Source: an uncultured Alphaproteobacteria bacterium (GTDB lineage Bacteria > Pseudomonadota > Alphaproteobacteria > Rhizobiales > Xanthobacteraceae). From it: a stretch of DNA of 64,000 bases. The notes under the pieces are model-generated. The model made no database searches, was not told the origin of the DNA, and worked only from the letters and a program-made list of their open reading frames with translations. The stretch covers positions 45,251-109,250 of the forward strand of contig CAVUGR010000008.1 in assembly GCA_963741115.1 (NCBI GenBank), read 5' to 3'. A program made the position numbers and the translations under genes. Of this stretch, positions 30,908 to 40,260 are shown in pieces; position 1 is the first letter of the stretch; every line of letters begins with the position of its first letter.

Positions 30908-31660
30908 ATGGCCTTCAAGCTCTACAACGCGCCGCAATCGACCTGCAGCCAGCGCGTGCGCTTCGTGCTCAACGCCAAGAAACTGCCGTTCGACGAGGTG
31001 AAGCTCAATCTGCTGGAAGGCGACCAGCTCAAGCCCGACTACCTCAAGCTCAATCCGAACGGCGTGGTGCCGACGCTCGACCATGACGGCGACATCGTCA
31101 TCGACTCCACCGTGATCACCGAATATCTCGACGAAGTCTCGCCGGCCGACAGCTTCACCCCGGAATCGGCGGTCGAGCGCGCCCGCATGCGCGCGCTGAT
31201 GCATTTCATCGACGAGATGCCGGCCGCCGCCGTGCGCGTGCCGACCTTCAACCTCGCCTTTTTGCCGAGCTTCCAGAAGATGAGCCGCGAGGCCTTCGTG
31301 GCGATGGCGGAGTCCAAGCCGCTGCGCAAGCGAATTCATGATGACCATGGGGCAGACCGGTTTCCCCAAAGCCGAGATGGACGCCGCGCTCGCGCGCCTG
31401 CGCCGGACCTATGAGCGCATGGACGCGCAGATCGAGAAAAGCGGCGGACCGTGGCTGCTGGGCAAGAAGATCACGCTCGCCGACGTGGCGGTGATGCCGG
31501 CGCTGGTGCGCATGGACGATCTCGGCATGAGCGCGCAGTGGCAGGATCTGCCGCGCATCGTGACCTGGTTCGACAATATCCGCGCGCATCCGGCGTTCAA
31601 GCCGACTTATTATCCGGGCTCGCTGCTGAGCGAGCGCTTCCCGCATTTGCGGGAGAAGAG
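30908..31660 (+). pseudogene. glutathione S-transferase family protein, frameshift near 31340; 3' end uncertain
   Basis: N-terminal thioredoxin-like GST domain from the ATG at 30908. One inserted C near 31340 (PLRK|EFMMTMG). The continuation frame has no stop before the next gene, so one more shift near the C-terminus is likely. Confidence 0.65.
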
Positions 31661-31793
31661 TCGCGGCGCGGGCTGTAGACGATTCGCGCCGGCCTCGTAT
31701 CTCCGATTGCCGAGGGCGCTATCTCTAGGCGAGGACGGCGCATATTCGCCGCTGCGCCAGCTGCTATATGATTCCAAACACGGAGCCTCCCCG

Positions 31794-32624
31794 ATGAACC
31801 AAATTACCCTGCTCATCACTACCGTTCTTGGCGCCATAGGCGGCCTGCTGTTCGTCAGCGGCCTTCTCATCCCCGGCATCGTCTTCGGCGTCCTCGCCGT
31901 GCTCACGCTCTATTCGCTCAAGATGGCGAACAACTGGGAGCGTTACGTCATCTTGCGCGCCGGCAAATTGTCGAGCGTGAAGGGACCGGGCCTGTTCGCG
32001 ATCATACCGGTCATCGACAGCATCGCCGCCGTCATCGACGAGCGCATCCAGACCACCGGCTTCAACGCCGAGCAGGCGCTCACCAAGGACACCGTGCCGG
32101 TCAATGTCGACGCCATCGTTTTCTGGCACGTGCACGACGCCCAGAACGCCGCGCTCAACATCGCCAATTACCGGCAGGCCATCGACCAGGTGGCGCAGAC
32201 GTCGTTGCGCGAAATGATCGGCTCCTCGATGCTCTCCGAGCTGTTGTCCGAGCGCAAGGTGGCGGACGAAGTCCTGCGCACCGAGATCGCGCACAAGACC
32301 GCGGAGTGGGGCATCTCGATCAACTCGGTCGAGATCCGCGACGTCGCCATCCCGGTCGCCTTGCAGGACGCCATGTCGCGCCAGGCGCAGGCCGAGCGCG
32401 AGAAACAGGCGCGCGTCATCTTGGGGTCCGCCGAGGCGGCGATCGCGGCGAAATTCGTCGAGGCGGCGGAGATCTACGGCAGCAACGCCGCCGCGCTGCA
32501 TCTGCGCGCCATGAACATCATCTACGAAACGACCAAGGAGCGCGGCGCCACCATTCTGATGCCGACCACCATGGTGGATTCCATGAGCGTGGCGCTGCCG
32601 GCCGCGTTCATGGCGCCGAAGTAG
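31794..32624 (+). CDS. SPFH/band 7 (stomatin/slipin-like) membrane protein
   Basis: N-terminal TM segment, an SPFH core, and a C-terminal coiled/Ala-rich region. Shine-Dalgarno GGAG before the ATG at 31794. Confidence 0.8.
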   Translation: MNQITLLITTVLGAIGGLLFVSGLLIPGIVFGVLAVLTLYSLKMANNWERYVILRAGKLSSVKGPGLFAIIPVIDSIAAVIDERIQTTGFNAEQALTKDTVPVNVDAIVFWHVHDAQNAALNIANYRQAIDQVAQTSLREMIGSSMLSELLSERKVADEVLRTEIAHKTAEWGISINSVEIRDVAIPVALQDAMSRQAQAEREKQARVILGSAEAAIAAKFVEAAEIYGSNAAALHLRAMNIIYETTKERGATILMPTTMVDSMSVALPAAFMAPK

Positions 32625-32755
32625 CGCGAATTCCGCTGGCTTTCTTCAGGCATTCCTTCGGCGTCGCGGGGCGCTTGAACCTTTTGTGGGTAAGCGCCGA
32701 CTTAATGTGTAGCGGCGGCTTTGCCGCCTGTAGCCTATCTGCCGTGGGGGATATC

Positions 32756-34105
32756 ATGCGCCATAGCTTGAAGTTGCTTGCCGCCGCCTGCCTGCTGTCC
32801 GCGCTCGCCGCGCCGGCCTGGGCGCAATCCAATCCGAACGTCGAGATCTGCAAATCGGCCGATGGCAGCGCGACATCGCCGCAGCAGCGCATCGCGGCCT
32901 GCACCGCTCTGATCGACGCCGGCAAGGATGCCCCGCCGCAGGAACTGGCCGCGCTGCTGACCAACCGCGGCGCCACCTATTGGTACATCAACAAGATGCC
33001 GCTGGCCTTGGCCGATCTCGACCGCGCCATCGCGCTCGATCCGGCCAATTCCCGCGCCTTCCGCGAACGCTCGAACTACTACCGCACGCTGGGCCGGCTC
33101 GATCGCGCGCTCGCCGACGCCAACCAGGCGGTGCGGCTCGATCCCAACGATCCCAAGGCCTTCGACAATCGCGGCAACGTGTTCAACAACAACAACCAGT
33201 ACGACCGCGCCATCGAGGACTACAACGAAGCCATCCGGCTCGATCCGAAGGATTCGCTGGCGTTCATGGATCGCGGCGTCGCGCATTACTTCAAGGAGGA
33301 ATACCAGGAAGCGATCAAGAACTACGACGAGGCGATCCGGCTCGATCCGACGCGCTCGCGCGCCTTTACCAATCGCGGCTCGGCCTTGAAGAAGCTCGGC
33401 CGCAAGGAGCAGGCGCTGGCCGACGAAAGCCAGGCGATCAAGCTCGATCCGCTGGTGCCGGAATATTACGACAATCGCGGCCTGTCGTATGAGAATGACG
33501 GCGACTATGACCGCGCCATCATCGACTTCAACGAGGCAATCCGGCTCAAGCCGCAGGCGAATTTTCTCACCAACCGCGGCAACTCGTACAATTTGAAAGG
33601 CGACTACGACCGCGCCATTACAGACTACGACCGCGCGCTGGCGCTCAACCCGGGCTTCTATCTCGCCTATAACAATCGCGGCGCCGCCTTCCGCAAGAAG
33701 GGCGACATCGAGCGCGCCATCGCCGATTACGAACAGGCGCTGCGCGTCAACCCGAAGTTCGAATTCGGCGGCGGAGAATCTTGCGACGCTGCGCGAGGAA
33801 CGCGACCGGCGCGGAACGCTTTCCGAACGCCTGCTGCCGACCTTCGATTGCGGTAGCGCCAGCCGCGCCGTCGAGAAGGCGATCTGCTCGGATCCGGATC
33901 TGGCCCGCCTCGACCGCCAGATCGGCGACGCCTACAAGGCCGCGATGGCCAAGCTCGACCGCAAGGGCGTCGCCCGCCTGCGCGAGGGCCAGCGCGACTT
34001 CGTTGCCGAGCGCAACAAGTCGTTTGGCCGTCCCGACTACGTGCTCAAGCGCGAACTGGAGCGGCGGCTTGTGGCGCTGCGCGGAATGACGGCGGACAAC
34101 AACTG
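32756..34105 (+). pseudogene. secreted tetratricopeptide-repeat protein with C-terminal LprI/DUF1311-like domain; one frameshift near 33768
   Basis: Signal peptide, then about nine 34-aa TPR units (A..Y.NRG......Y..AI.D...A..L.P). After one extra G, the +2 frame continues as AAENLATLREERDRRG...CGSASRAVEKAICSDPDLARLDRQIGDAYKAAM... to the stop at 34105. Confidence 0.7.
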
Positions 34106-34134
34106 AAGCCTGCGCGGGGACGAACGGATTTGGG

Positions 34135-34531
34135 CTAGCGCCCAACCGCGGCTAGCTCCCGCGCTTTCTTGGCGCCTTCGAAGCCGTGCATGCCGCCGTA
34201 CCATTGGATGGCGACCACGGCGCCTTTGACCGGCTGCAGCAGGCCGAGCGTCATGATCAGCGCCATCGTCGGCCACAGCGTCATGCCGAGCCAGAGCGGC
34301 GGCGCGAATTCCGTTTCCACCACCAGAATGGTCGGCACCAGGATATGGCCGACGATGACGATCACCAGGTAGGCTGGAAAATCGTCGGCGCGGTGATGAT
34401 GCAATTCCTCGCGCGCAGTGCGGGCATTGATCCGCGATCTTCAGGAAAGCGCGGAACATGCGGCCTTCGCCGCAGGCCGGGCAGCGCCCGCGAAACCCGC
34501 GCCATAACGCTTGTCCGGCGCCGGAAGGCAA
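34135..34531 (-). pseudogene. DUF983 family small membrane protein, one frameshift near 34400
   Basis: The N-terminal zinc-ribbon-like CPACGEG....CPHC is in one frame and the hydrophobic C-terminus (HHHRADDFPAYLVIVIVGHILVP...) in another. Confidence 0.5.
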
Positions 34532-34586
34532 CCGACCGCGGGCCGCTTTTTGCCGGCCGCGCGGTCGCCATTTCCGCCAGCCACGC

Positions 34587-35888
34587 TCAATACCTGTTCG
34601 CGATCGGCAATTCCTCGGCCGGGAACAGCGAGATCAGGCGGCAGCCTTTGTCGGTGACCACGACCTCTTCCTCGATGCGCGCGGCGGAAAAGCCGTCGGT
34701 CGCCGGGCAATAGGTCTCGATCGCGAACACCATGCCTTCCACGATTTCGGTCGGGTGATCCATCGACACCACGCGCGAGATGATCGGCCGCTCGTGCAGG
34801 TTCAGGCCGAGGCCGTGCGCGAATTGCAGGCCGAAGGCCGTCATCTCGTCGGGAAAGCCGAACTCCTCCGCCTTCGGAAACACCTCGCAGATATGCGCGG
34901 TGCAGGCGCCGGGCTTGATGCGCTCGATCGCGTTGTCGAGCCATTCGCGCGCCTTCCTGTAGCAATCGTGCTGCGCCGGCGTGGCGCGGCCGACATTGAA
35001 GGTGCGGTAGTAGCAGGTGCGATAGCCCATGAAGCTTGCAGAATGTCGAAGAACGCCTGGTCGCCCGGGCCGGATCATGCGGTCGGTGAAGTTGTGCGGA
35101 TGCGGACTGCAGCGCTCGCCGGAGATGGCGTTGACCGCCTCCACGTCGTCGGAACCGTGCGTGTAGAGGAACTTGTTGACCTCGGCGACGATGTCGTTCT
35201 CGCGCACGCCCGGGCGCAGCATGTTGTTCACCAGGTCATAGGCGCCGTCCACCATGGCGGCGGCGCGGTTGAGCAGCGCGATTTCGTCGGATGACTTCAC
35301 CTCGCGTGCGCTCAGCATGACCTGCTGGCCGTCCTTGATCTTGAGCCCGGCTTTTTCGAGCTCGAACATCATCGGCGGCTCGATGATGTCGACGCCGATC
35401 GGCATCTTGGCGACGCCGGCGGCTTTCAGGATCGAGGCCATCTCCTCGGCATGGCGCTTCATCAGGCCGAAGGCGGGATCGACGGTGCCGCGCAACCCGA
35501 CCAGGCCGGCCTTGCAGTTTTCCGGCTTGAGCCAGGGCGAGTACAGCCGGTGATGCACCGCGGCCGAGCCGAAGTCCCACAGGATCGGATCGCCGCCGCG
35601 CATCAGCAGCGCCCAGCGCGACAGCTTGTCGCGCGCCCATTCGCCGATCTTGGTCGAGGTGACGTAACGGATGTTGTTGTCGTCGAACAGCAGCAGCGCG
35701 CCGAGGTCGGAGTTCTCGAGCGCCGCTTGCGCGCGGGCGAGCCGGTAGCGGTGCATGCGCCGGTAATCGACGCGCTCCTCGAAATCGACGCCCATGGTGC
35801 CGAGCACCGGCAGATGGCGGCCCCAGTTGTAGCGCGGGTTGATGTCCTCGGCGCGGATTTGCAGCGGGTCGCGCGTTCTCTCGTCCAT
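34587..35888 (-). CDS. M24 family metallopeptidase-fold protein with creatinase-type N-terminal domain (DddP-like)
   Basis: AGGGAGA Shine-Dalgarno before the ATG at 35888. The N-terminal LLLFDDNNIRYVTST motif region resembles DddP/creatinase. C-terminal pita-bread domain. Intact 433-aa frame. Confidence 0.7.
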   Translation of the reverse strand: MDERTRDPLQIRAEDINPRYNWGRHLPVLGTMGVDFEERVDYRRMHRYRLARAQAALENSDLGALLLFDDNNIRYVTSTKIGEWARDKLSRWALLMRGGDPILWDFGSAAVHHRLYSPWLKPENCKAGLVGLRGTVDPAFGLMKRHAEEMASILKAAGVAKMPIGVDIIEPPMMFELEKAGLKIKDGQQVMLSAREVKSSDEIALLNRAAAMVDGAYDLVNNMLRPGVRENDIVAEVNKFLYTHGSDDVEAVNAISGERCSPHPHNFTDRMIRPGRPGVLRHSASFMGYRTCYYRTFNVGRATPAQHDCYRKAREWLDNAIERIKPGACTAHICEVFPKAEEFGFPDEMTAFGLQFAHGLGLNLHERPIISRVVSMDHPTEIVEGMVFAIETYCPATDGFSAARIEEEVVVTDKGCRLISLFPAEELPIANRY

Positions 35889-35984
35889 GGGTGCTCTCCC
35901 TGATCGGTATTGGCTGGCCGGCCTTATAGCCGGGGGCATGGCCGGATTATAGGCCTTGGTCAAACGCGGCGGCAGTCCCGATCG

Positions 35985-36070
35985 CCCTCATCCTGAGGAG
36001 CGCGTCTCGAAGGACGAGGCCGCCCATCCTTCGAGAGGGGCGCAACGCGCCCTCCTCAGGATGAGGGCGG
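35985..36070. repeat. palindromic intergenic element, family C (CCCTCATCCTGAGGAGCGCG ... CGCGCCCTCCTCAGGATGAGGG)
   Basis: 20-nt perfect inverted arms around a 46-nt centre. Confidence 0.55.
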
Positions 36071-36151
36071 AAAAGGGTAGTGGGTCAGTTTGGATTTAAT
36101 TCCCAAATTCAGCCCTAGCGGCATCGCGCTAGGGGCGGCATATTTAGGGCG

Positions 36152-36424
36152 ATGCAAAAGGTCTTAGCCATCGGGGTTGTCGTTTTCAGTCTTTTGGCCG
36201 GTGTATTGTGGTTGATGGCTACTATCGTTTGGGTCAGCGACAAAACAACAGACAAACCAGACGCAGACGGAATGCATCCATTCCGAATAACTGACCCTGA
36301 ATTGGGCGTTGATATTTTCGCCACTGCTGCCCGCCAGATATGGTGGAACCGCCTTGCTGGTGCGGCAACCTGCGCGGCGGCCTGCTGCCAAGCAGCCACA
36401 GTCTTTTTCTATGGGATGCCATGA
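36152..36424 (+). CDS. hypothetical small membrane protein (90 aa, one N-terminal TM helix)
   Basis: ORF in a locally lower-GC segment. No homolog recognised. Confidence 0.3.
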   Translation: MQKVLAIGVVVFSLLAGVLWLMATIVWVSDKTTDKPDADGMHPFRITDPELGVDIFATAARQIWWNRLAGAATCAAACCQAATVFFYGMP

Positions 36425-36574
36425 CCACCCACCGCAAACGCTCCCGCGATCCCAATCAGCTCGCCAAGGCGGGCTGGAATTCAGGAGACGGCGTACCCGG
36501 TGCCGCTAAAGAATGCGGGCGGCGAAGCGTTGGCTTTTTCTTTATCCCTCCCCGCAAGCGAGGAGGGTAAGAAG

Positions 36575-37017
36575 CTACGCCGCCTCGACCACGCGACGCA
36601 GGGAGCTACGCAGATCCTGCGCGGCGGCTTCGCCATAGGCGCCTTCGAATTCCTTCTGCGCCTGCCGCCAGCGCGCGGCTGCTGTCTTGAACCGCGCTTG
36701 CCCCGCCTGGTCAGGCTGACCCTGCGGGTGCGGCCATCCGGCCCGGCGCCCGACCGCCACCAGCCGGTCGCGCTCGAGCGGTCGCAGCGCGCGGCCGAGC
36801 GCGGTGCGGTCCATGCACCATGGACTCGGCGAGCTTGCCGATCGGCATCGGCGCCGAGCCGGCTGAGCTTGGACAGGATCGAATATTGCGTGCTGCGCAG
36901 CCCTTCCTGCGCCAGATGCCGTCATAGATCTGGCTGAGGTGGCGCGCGGCCTGCCGCAAGGCCAGGCAGTTGCAGGGCGTCTGATCGGGCGCTTCGGGCG
37001 GGAGTCTTTTTCGGCAT
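36575..37017 (-). pseudogene. MarR family transcriptional regulator, about 2 frameshifts
   Basis: AGGA Shine-Dalgarno before the ATG at 37017 (MPKKTP...), then a shift (extra C) into the frame that carries a MarR-like block (DQTPCNCLALRQAARHLSQIYD). A winged-helix C-terminus (MDRTALGRALRPLERDRLVAV ... to the stop at 36575) is in a third frame. Confidence 0.7.
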
Positions 37018-37061
37018 AGCTCGCATTCCTGAACGGACGGGGCAACGGCTCTTGCCAATAT

Positions 37062-37105
37062 GTGCATATGCACGTATTAATGTCAAGAGAAACGTGCATA
37101 TGCAC
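37062..37105. promoter_or_regulatory. two copies of the perfect 12-bp palindrome GTGCATATGCAC (37062-37073 and 37094-37105; 32 bp centre to centre) in the marR-MATE divergent intergenic region; candidate MarR operators
   Basis: Seen directly. The first copy extends to the 16-bp palindrome ACGTGCATATGCACGT. Confidence 0.5.
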
Positions 37106-37128
37106 CTACTTGCGACGGAGCGCTTGCC

Positions 37129-38514
37129 ATGGATCCCGCGAACCCGAATGCTGCTGGAGGCGCCGGTCGGCGCGCACCATCGTGCGGCTGGCGCTGCCCA
37201 ATGTCGTCGTCATGGTGGTGCAGGCCTGCGATCGGCCTGATCGAGACCTATTTCGTCGCCAAGCTCGGCCTCGACGCGCTCGCCGGCATGGCGCTGGTGT
37301 TCCCGCTGTTCATGCTGCTGACGATGATCTCGGCCGGCGCCATGGGCGGCGGCATCCTCTCGGCCATCGCGCGCGCGCTCGGCGTCGGGCAATCGCGAGC
37401 ACGCCAATGCACTGGTCTGGTAGGCCGTCGTCATCACGGTCCTGCTCGGCGCGATCACCACCGTGCTGGCGTTGCTGTTCGGGCCGAAGCTCTACGCGCT
37501 GATGGGCGGCCGCGACGGCTCGCTCGCCGCAGCGGCGACTTATTCGAGCGATCGTTTTCGCCGGCGCCGTTCCGCTCTGGCTGTTCAACTCGTTCGCGGC
37601 CATGATCCGCGGCACCGGCAACATGTTCTTGCCGGCGTCGGTGATCAGCGCCGGCGCCTTCATTCTCATTCCGCTGTCGCCGCTGCTGATCTTCGGCCTC
37701 GGGCCGTTCCCGCAACTTGGCATCGCCGGCGGCGCCGATCGCGGTTCTCATCTATTACGTCGTCGGCTGCGCGATCTTCGCCGACCTACATCTGGTCCGG
37801 CCGCGGCGTGCTGCAAGCCGTCGCTCGATTCCGCCGCGCTGACCTGGGCGCCGATGCGCGAAATTCTGCGCGTCGGCGCGACCTCGTCGATCGTCAGCCT
37901 TTCGACCAATGTCACCATCGCGGTGGCGACCGGGCTCGCCGGTCTGATCGGCCCGGCCGCGGTCGCCGGTTACGGCACCGCCGTGCGGCTGGAATATCTG
38001 CTGGTGCCGCTGGTGTTCGGGCTGGGCGCGCCGGTCGCCGCCATGGTCGGCACCTCGATCGGCGCCGGCCGCAACGAGCGCGCGCTGCGCGTCGCCTGGA
38101 CCGGCGCGGCCATCGCCGTTCGGCTTGACCGAAGCGATCGGTCTTGCCGCCGCGTTGTTTCCCAACGCATGGTTGTCGCTGTTCGGCGACGACGCGAGCA
38201 TGCTCGCAGACCGGCACGCTCTATCTGCGCATCGTCGGTCCGTTCTACGGCTTTTTCGGCGGCGGGCTCGCGCTCTATTTCGCCTCGCAGGGCGCCGGCC
38301 GCGTCGGCTGGGCCATGATGGTCGCGGTGCTGCGCGTCGTCATCGCCGCCGGCGGCGGCTGGCTCGCGGTCACGCTGCTCGGCGGCAGTACCGGGCTGTT
38401 CGTCGCCCTGGCCGGAGCGCTGGTGATCTACGGGCTGCCAATGTCGTTGCGGTCGCCAGCGGCGTGTGGTTCAAGGCGCCCAAAGCGCCGGCGCTGGTGC
38501 CGCAAGCGTCATAA
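37129..38514 (+). pseudogene. MATE family efflux transporter, many frameshifts (at least 6)
   Basis: MATE-like TM segments (e.g. LIETYFVAKLGLDALAGMALVFPLFMLL) appear in all three forward frames between 37129 and 38514. No single frame is open for more than about 700 nt. Confidence 0.75.
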
Positions 38515-38523
38515 GGTGACCGC

Positions 38524-39000
38524 ATGAGCGAAACGAAAACGCGCCTTTATCTCGACGATCTTAAAGCCGGGCAAACGTTCCGCAGCCGGATGGTGACGAC
38601 GGTCGAAGATGCGGCGATCAAGACCTTCGCCACGGAGTTCGATCCGCAGCCGTTTCACCTGGATGACGCTGCCGCGCAGGCGACCATGTTCAAAGGGCTC
38701 GCCGCCAGCGGCTGGCACACCGCGGCAATGACCATGCAGCTTCTGGTCAACGACGGGCCGCCGCTCGCCGGCGGCATCATCGGTGGCGGCATGGACGAAT
38801 TGCGCTGGCCGCAAGCCGGTGCGGCCGGGCGACACACTGCGCATCGAATGCGAAGTGCTGGAAGTGCGCCCGTCGCGTCGCGCCCGGAGCAGGGCATGGT
38901 CAAGATGAAAACGACCACGCTCAACCAGAACGACGAGCCGGTGCAGGTTATGGTCGGCAACCTGATCGTGCCGCGCAAGCGGCGGCGGGCTACGCCGCAC
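38524..39000 (+). pseudogene. MaoC-like (R)-specific enoyl-CoA hydratase/dehydratase domain protein, frameshifted; 3' end approximate
   Basis: Hot-dog fold N-terminus (FATEFDPQPFHLDDAAAQATMFKGLAASGWHTAAMTM). The frame is lost near 38810 and partly recovered (GMVKMKTTTLNQNDEPVQVMVGNLIVPRK). Confidence 0.6.
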
Positions 39001-40164
39001 TCTTCTTCCCCCACAGCCGGCCGAGGCGATGTCGGCGCCTTCGCGGATGGCGCGCAGCTTGAGCCACACCGCCGGCTCGATCACCCATTCGCGGTTGGTG
39101 AAGGTGCCAAAGCCGCAATCGGTCGAGGCGATCACGCGCTCGCGCTCGCCCACCGACGCGCACCGCTTCCTCGATGCGGCGCGCCACCACTTCCGGATGC
39201 TCGACGAAATTGCGAGTGGTCTCGATCACGCCGGGGATCAGCAGCATGTCCTTCGGCAGCGGATGCTTCTTGAGCGCGTCATATTCATGCGCGTGGCGCG
39301 GATTGGAGAACTCGATCGACAGCGCGCCGACTTTGCGCCTGATAGAGCGCCGGCAGGATCGTCGCCGAGCGGCACGTCGTGGATGTGCGGGCCTTCCCAG
39401 TTGCCGTAACAGACGTGCAGCCGCACGCGGTCGCGCGGAATGCCGTCGATGCCTTCGTTGATCGCGTGCGACATGCCGCTCGACTGCCTTGACGAAGTCC
39501 GGCGTCGTCGAGATCGCGGTACATCATGGTGCGGTCCATGGCGAGATCGGGCGCGTCGATCTGCAAGATCAGGCCGGCCTTGTGGATCGCCTGATATTCG
39601 TTGCTTCATCTCGCGCGACAGCGCCGTCGAGATATTTGTCCTGGCTGCCGTAGAAGGCGTTGAGCATGGTCGTCGAGACGATGCCGGGCGAGGGCGCCGT
39701 CATGAACTGCTCGGCGAATTTGCCCTGCGGCGATTTTCTTGAAGCGCGCGATCTCGTTCTCGATCGGCTTGATGTCGAGATATTTCAGCTCGCTCTGGCA
39801 CTCCGGCGCGTTCTGCTGCTTGCTGATATGCGGGAAGCGCCGCATCAGGCTCGCCACCAGCTCGGGAAATTCCTCGAATTCCTTGCCGCGCCGGCGCTTC
39901 GACACGCCGCCGAAGCCGCTCATGCGCTGCGGCACGTAGGTCTGGAAGCCGACGCGCTGCTGCTCGCCGTCATTGCCGATGTCGATGCCGGCGGAGACCT
40001 GCTTGTCGACGACGTGGCTCACCGCCTTGTCCATTTCGGCGGCCATCTCCTGCGGCGTCGAATTTCTCGCCGGCTTCCTGGCGCACCAGCAGATCGGACA
40101 GTTTCTCGTTGCGCGGCAGGCTGCCGACATGGGTGGTCAGAATGCGGTCCCGGCTGAAGATCAT
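38990..40164 (-). pseudogene. cobalamin-independent methionine synthase (MetE) C-terminal-domain-like protein, paralog A, at least 5 frameshifts
   Basis: From the ATG at 40164 (MIFSRDRILTTHVGSLPRNEKL...) the protein continues through fragments in three frames: ...QEMAAEMDKAVSHVVDKQVSAGIDIGNDGEQ...; ...HAINEGIDGIPRDRVRLHVCYGNWEGPHIHD...; ...RERVIASTDCGFGTFTNREW..., down to a TAG near 38992. Confidence 0.7.
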
Positions 40165-40260
40165 GAGGCGTAGCTCCCTTAAACGCTGGCGCGAAATATG
40201 CTTCGCTTTGCAGCACCTTCTTTGGCGGGCATAATACGCATCCGTCTGGGAGGAAAAACA

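Noticed and set aside
35889-35963. ORF-track extension of the M24 gene to 35963 (MTKAYNPAMPPAIRPASQYRSGRAP)
   Set aside because: The extension runs through an imperfect palindrome (GGCCGGCCTTATAGCCGGGGGCATGGCCGGATTATAGGCC). A good Shine-Dalgarno precedes the internal ATG at 35888.
36430-36545. Inverted repeat CCCTCCCCGCAAGCGAGGAGGG after the small ORF at 36152-36424
   Set aside because: It is a possible stem-loop, but the flanking tract is A-rich on the transcribed side of either neighbouring gene, so it is not a convincing intrinsic terminator.
38524-40164. Apparent overlap of the MaoC gene 3' end with the metE-like A 3' end near 38990-39060
   Set aside because: Both ends are defined through frameshifted sequence. 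The overlap may be an artefact of uncertain termini rather than a real convergent overlap.
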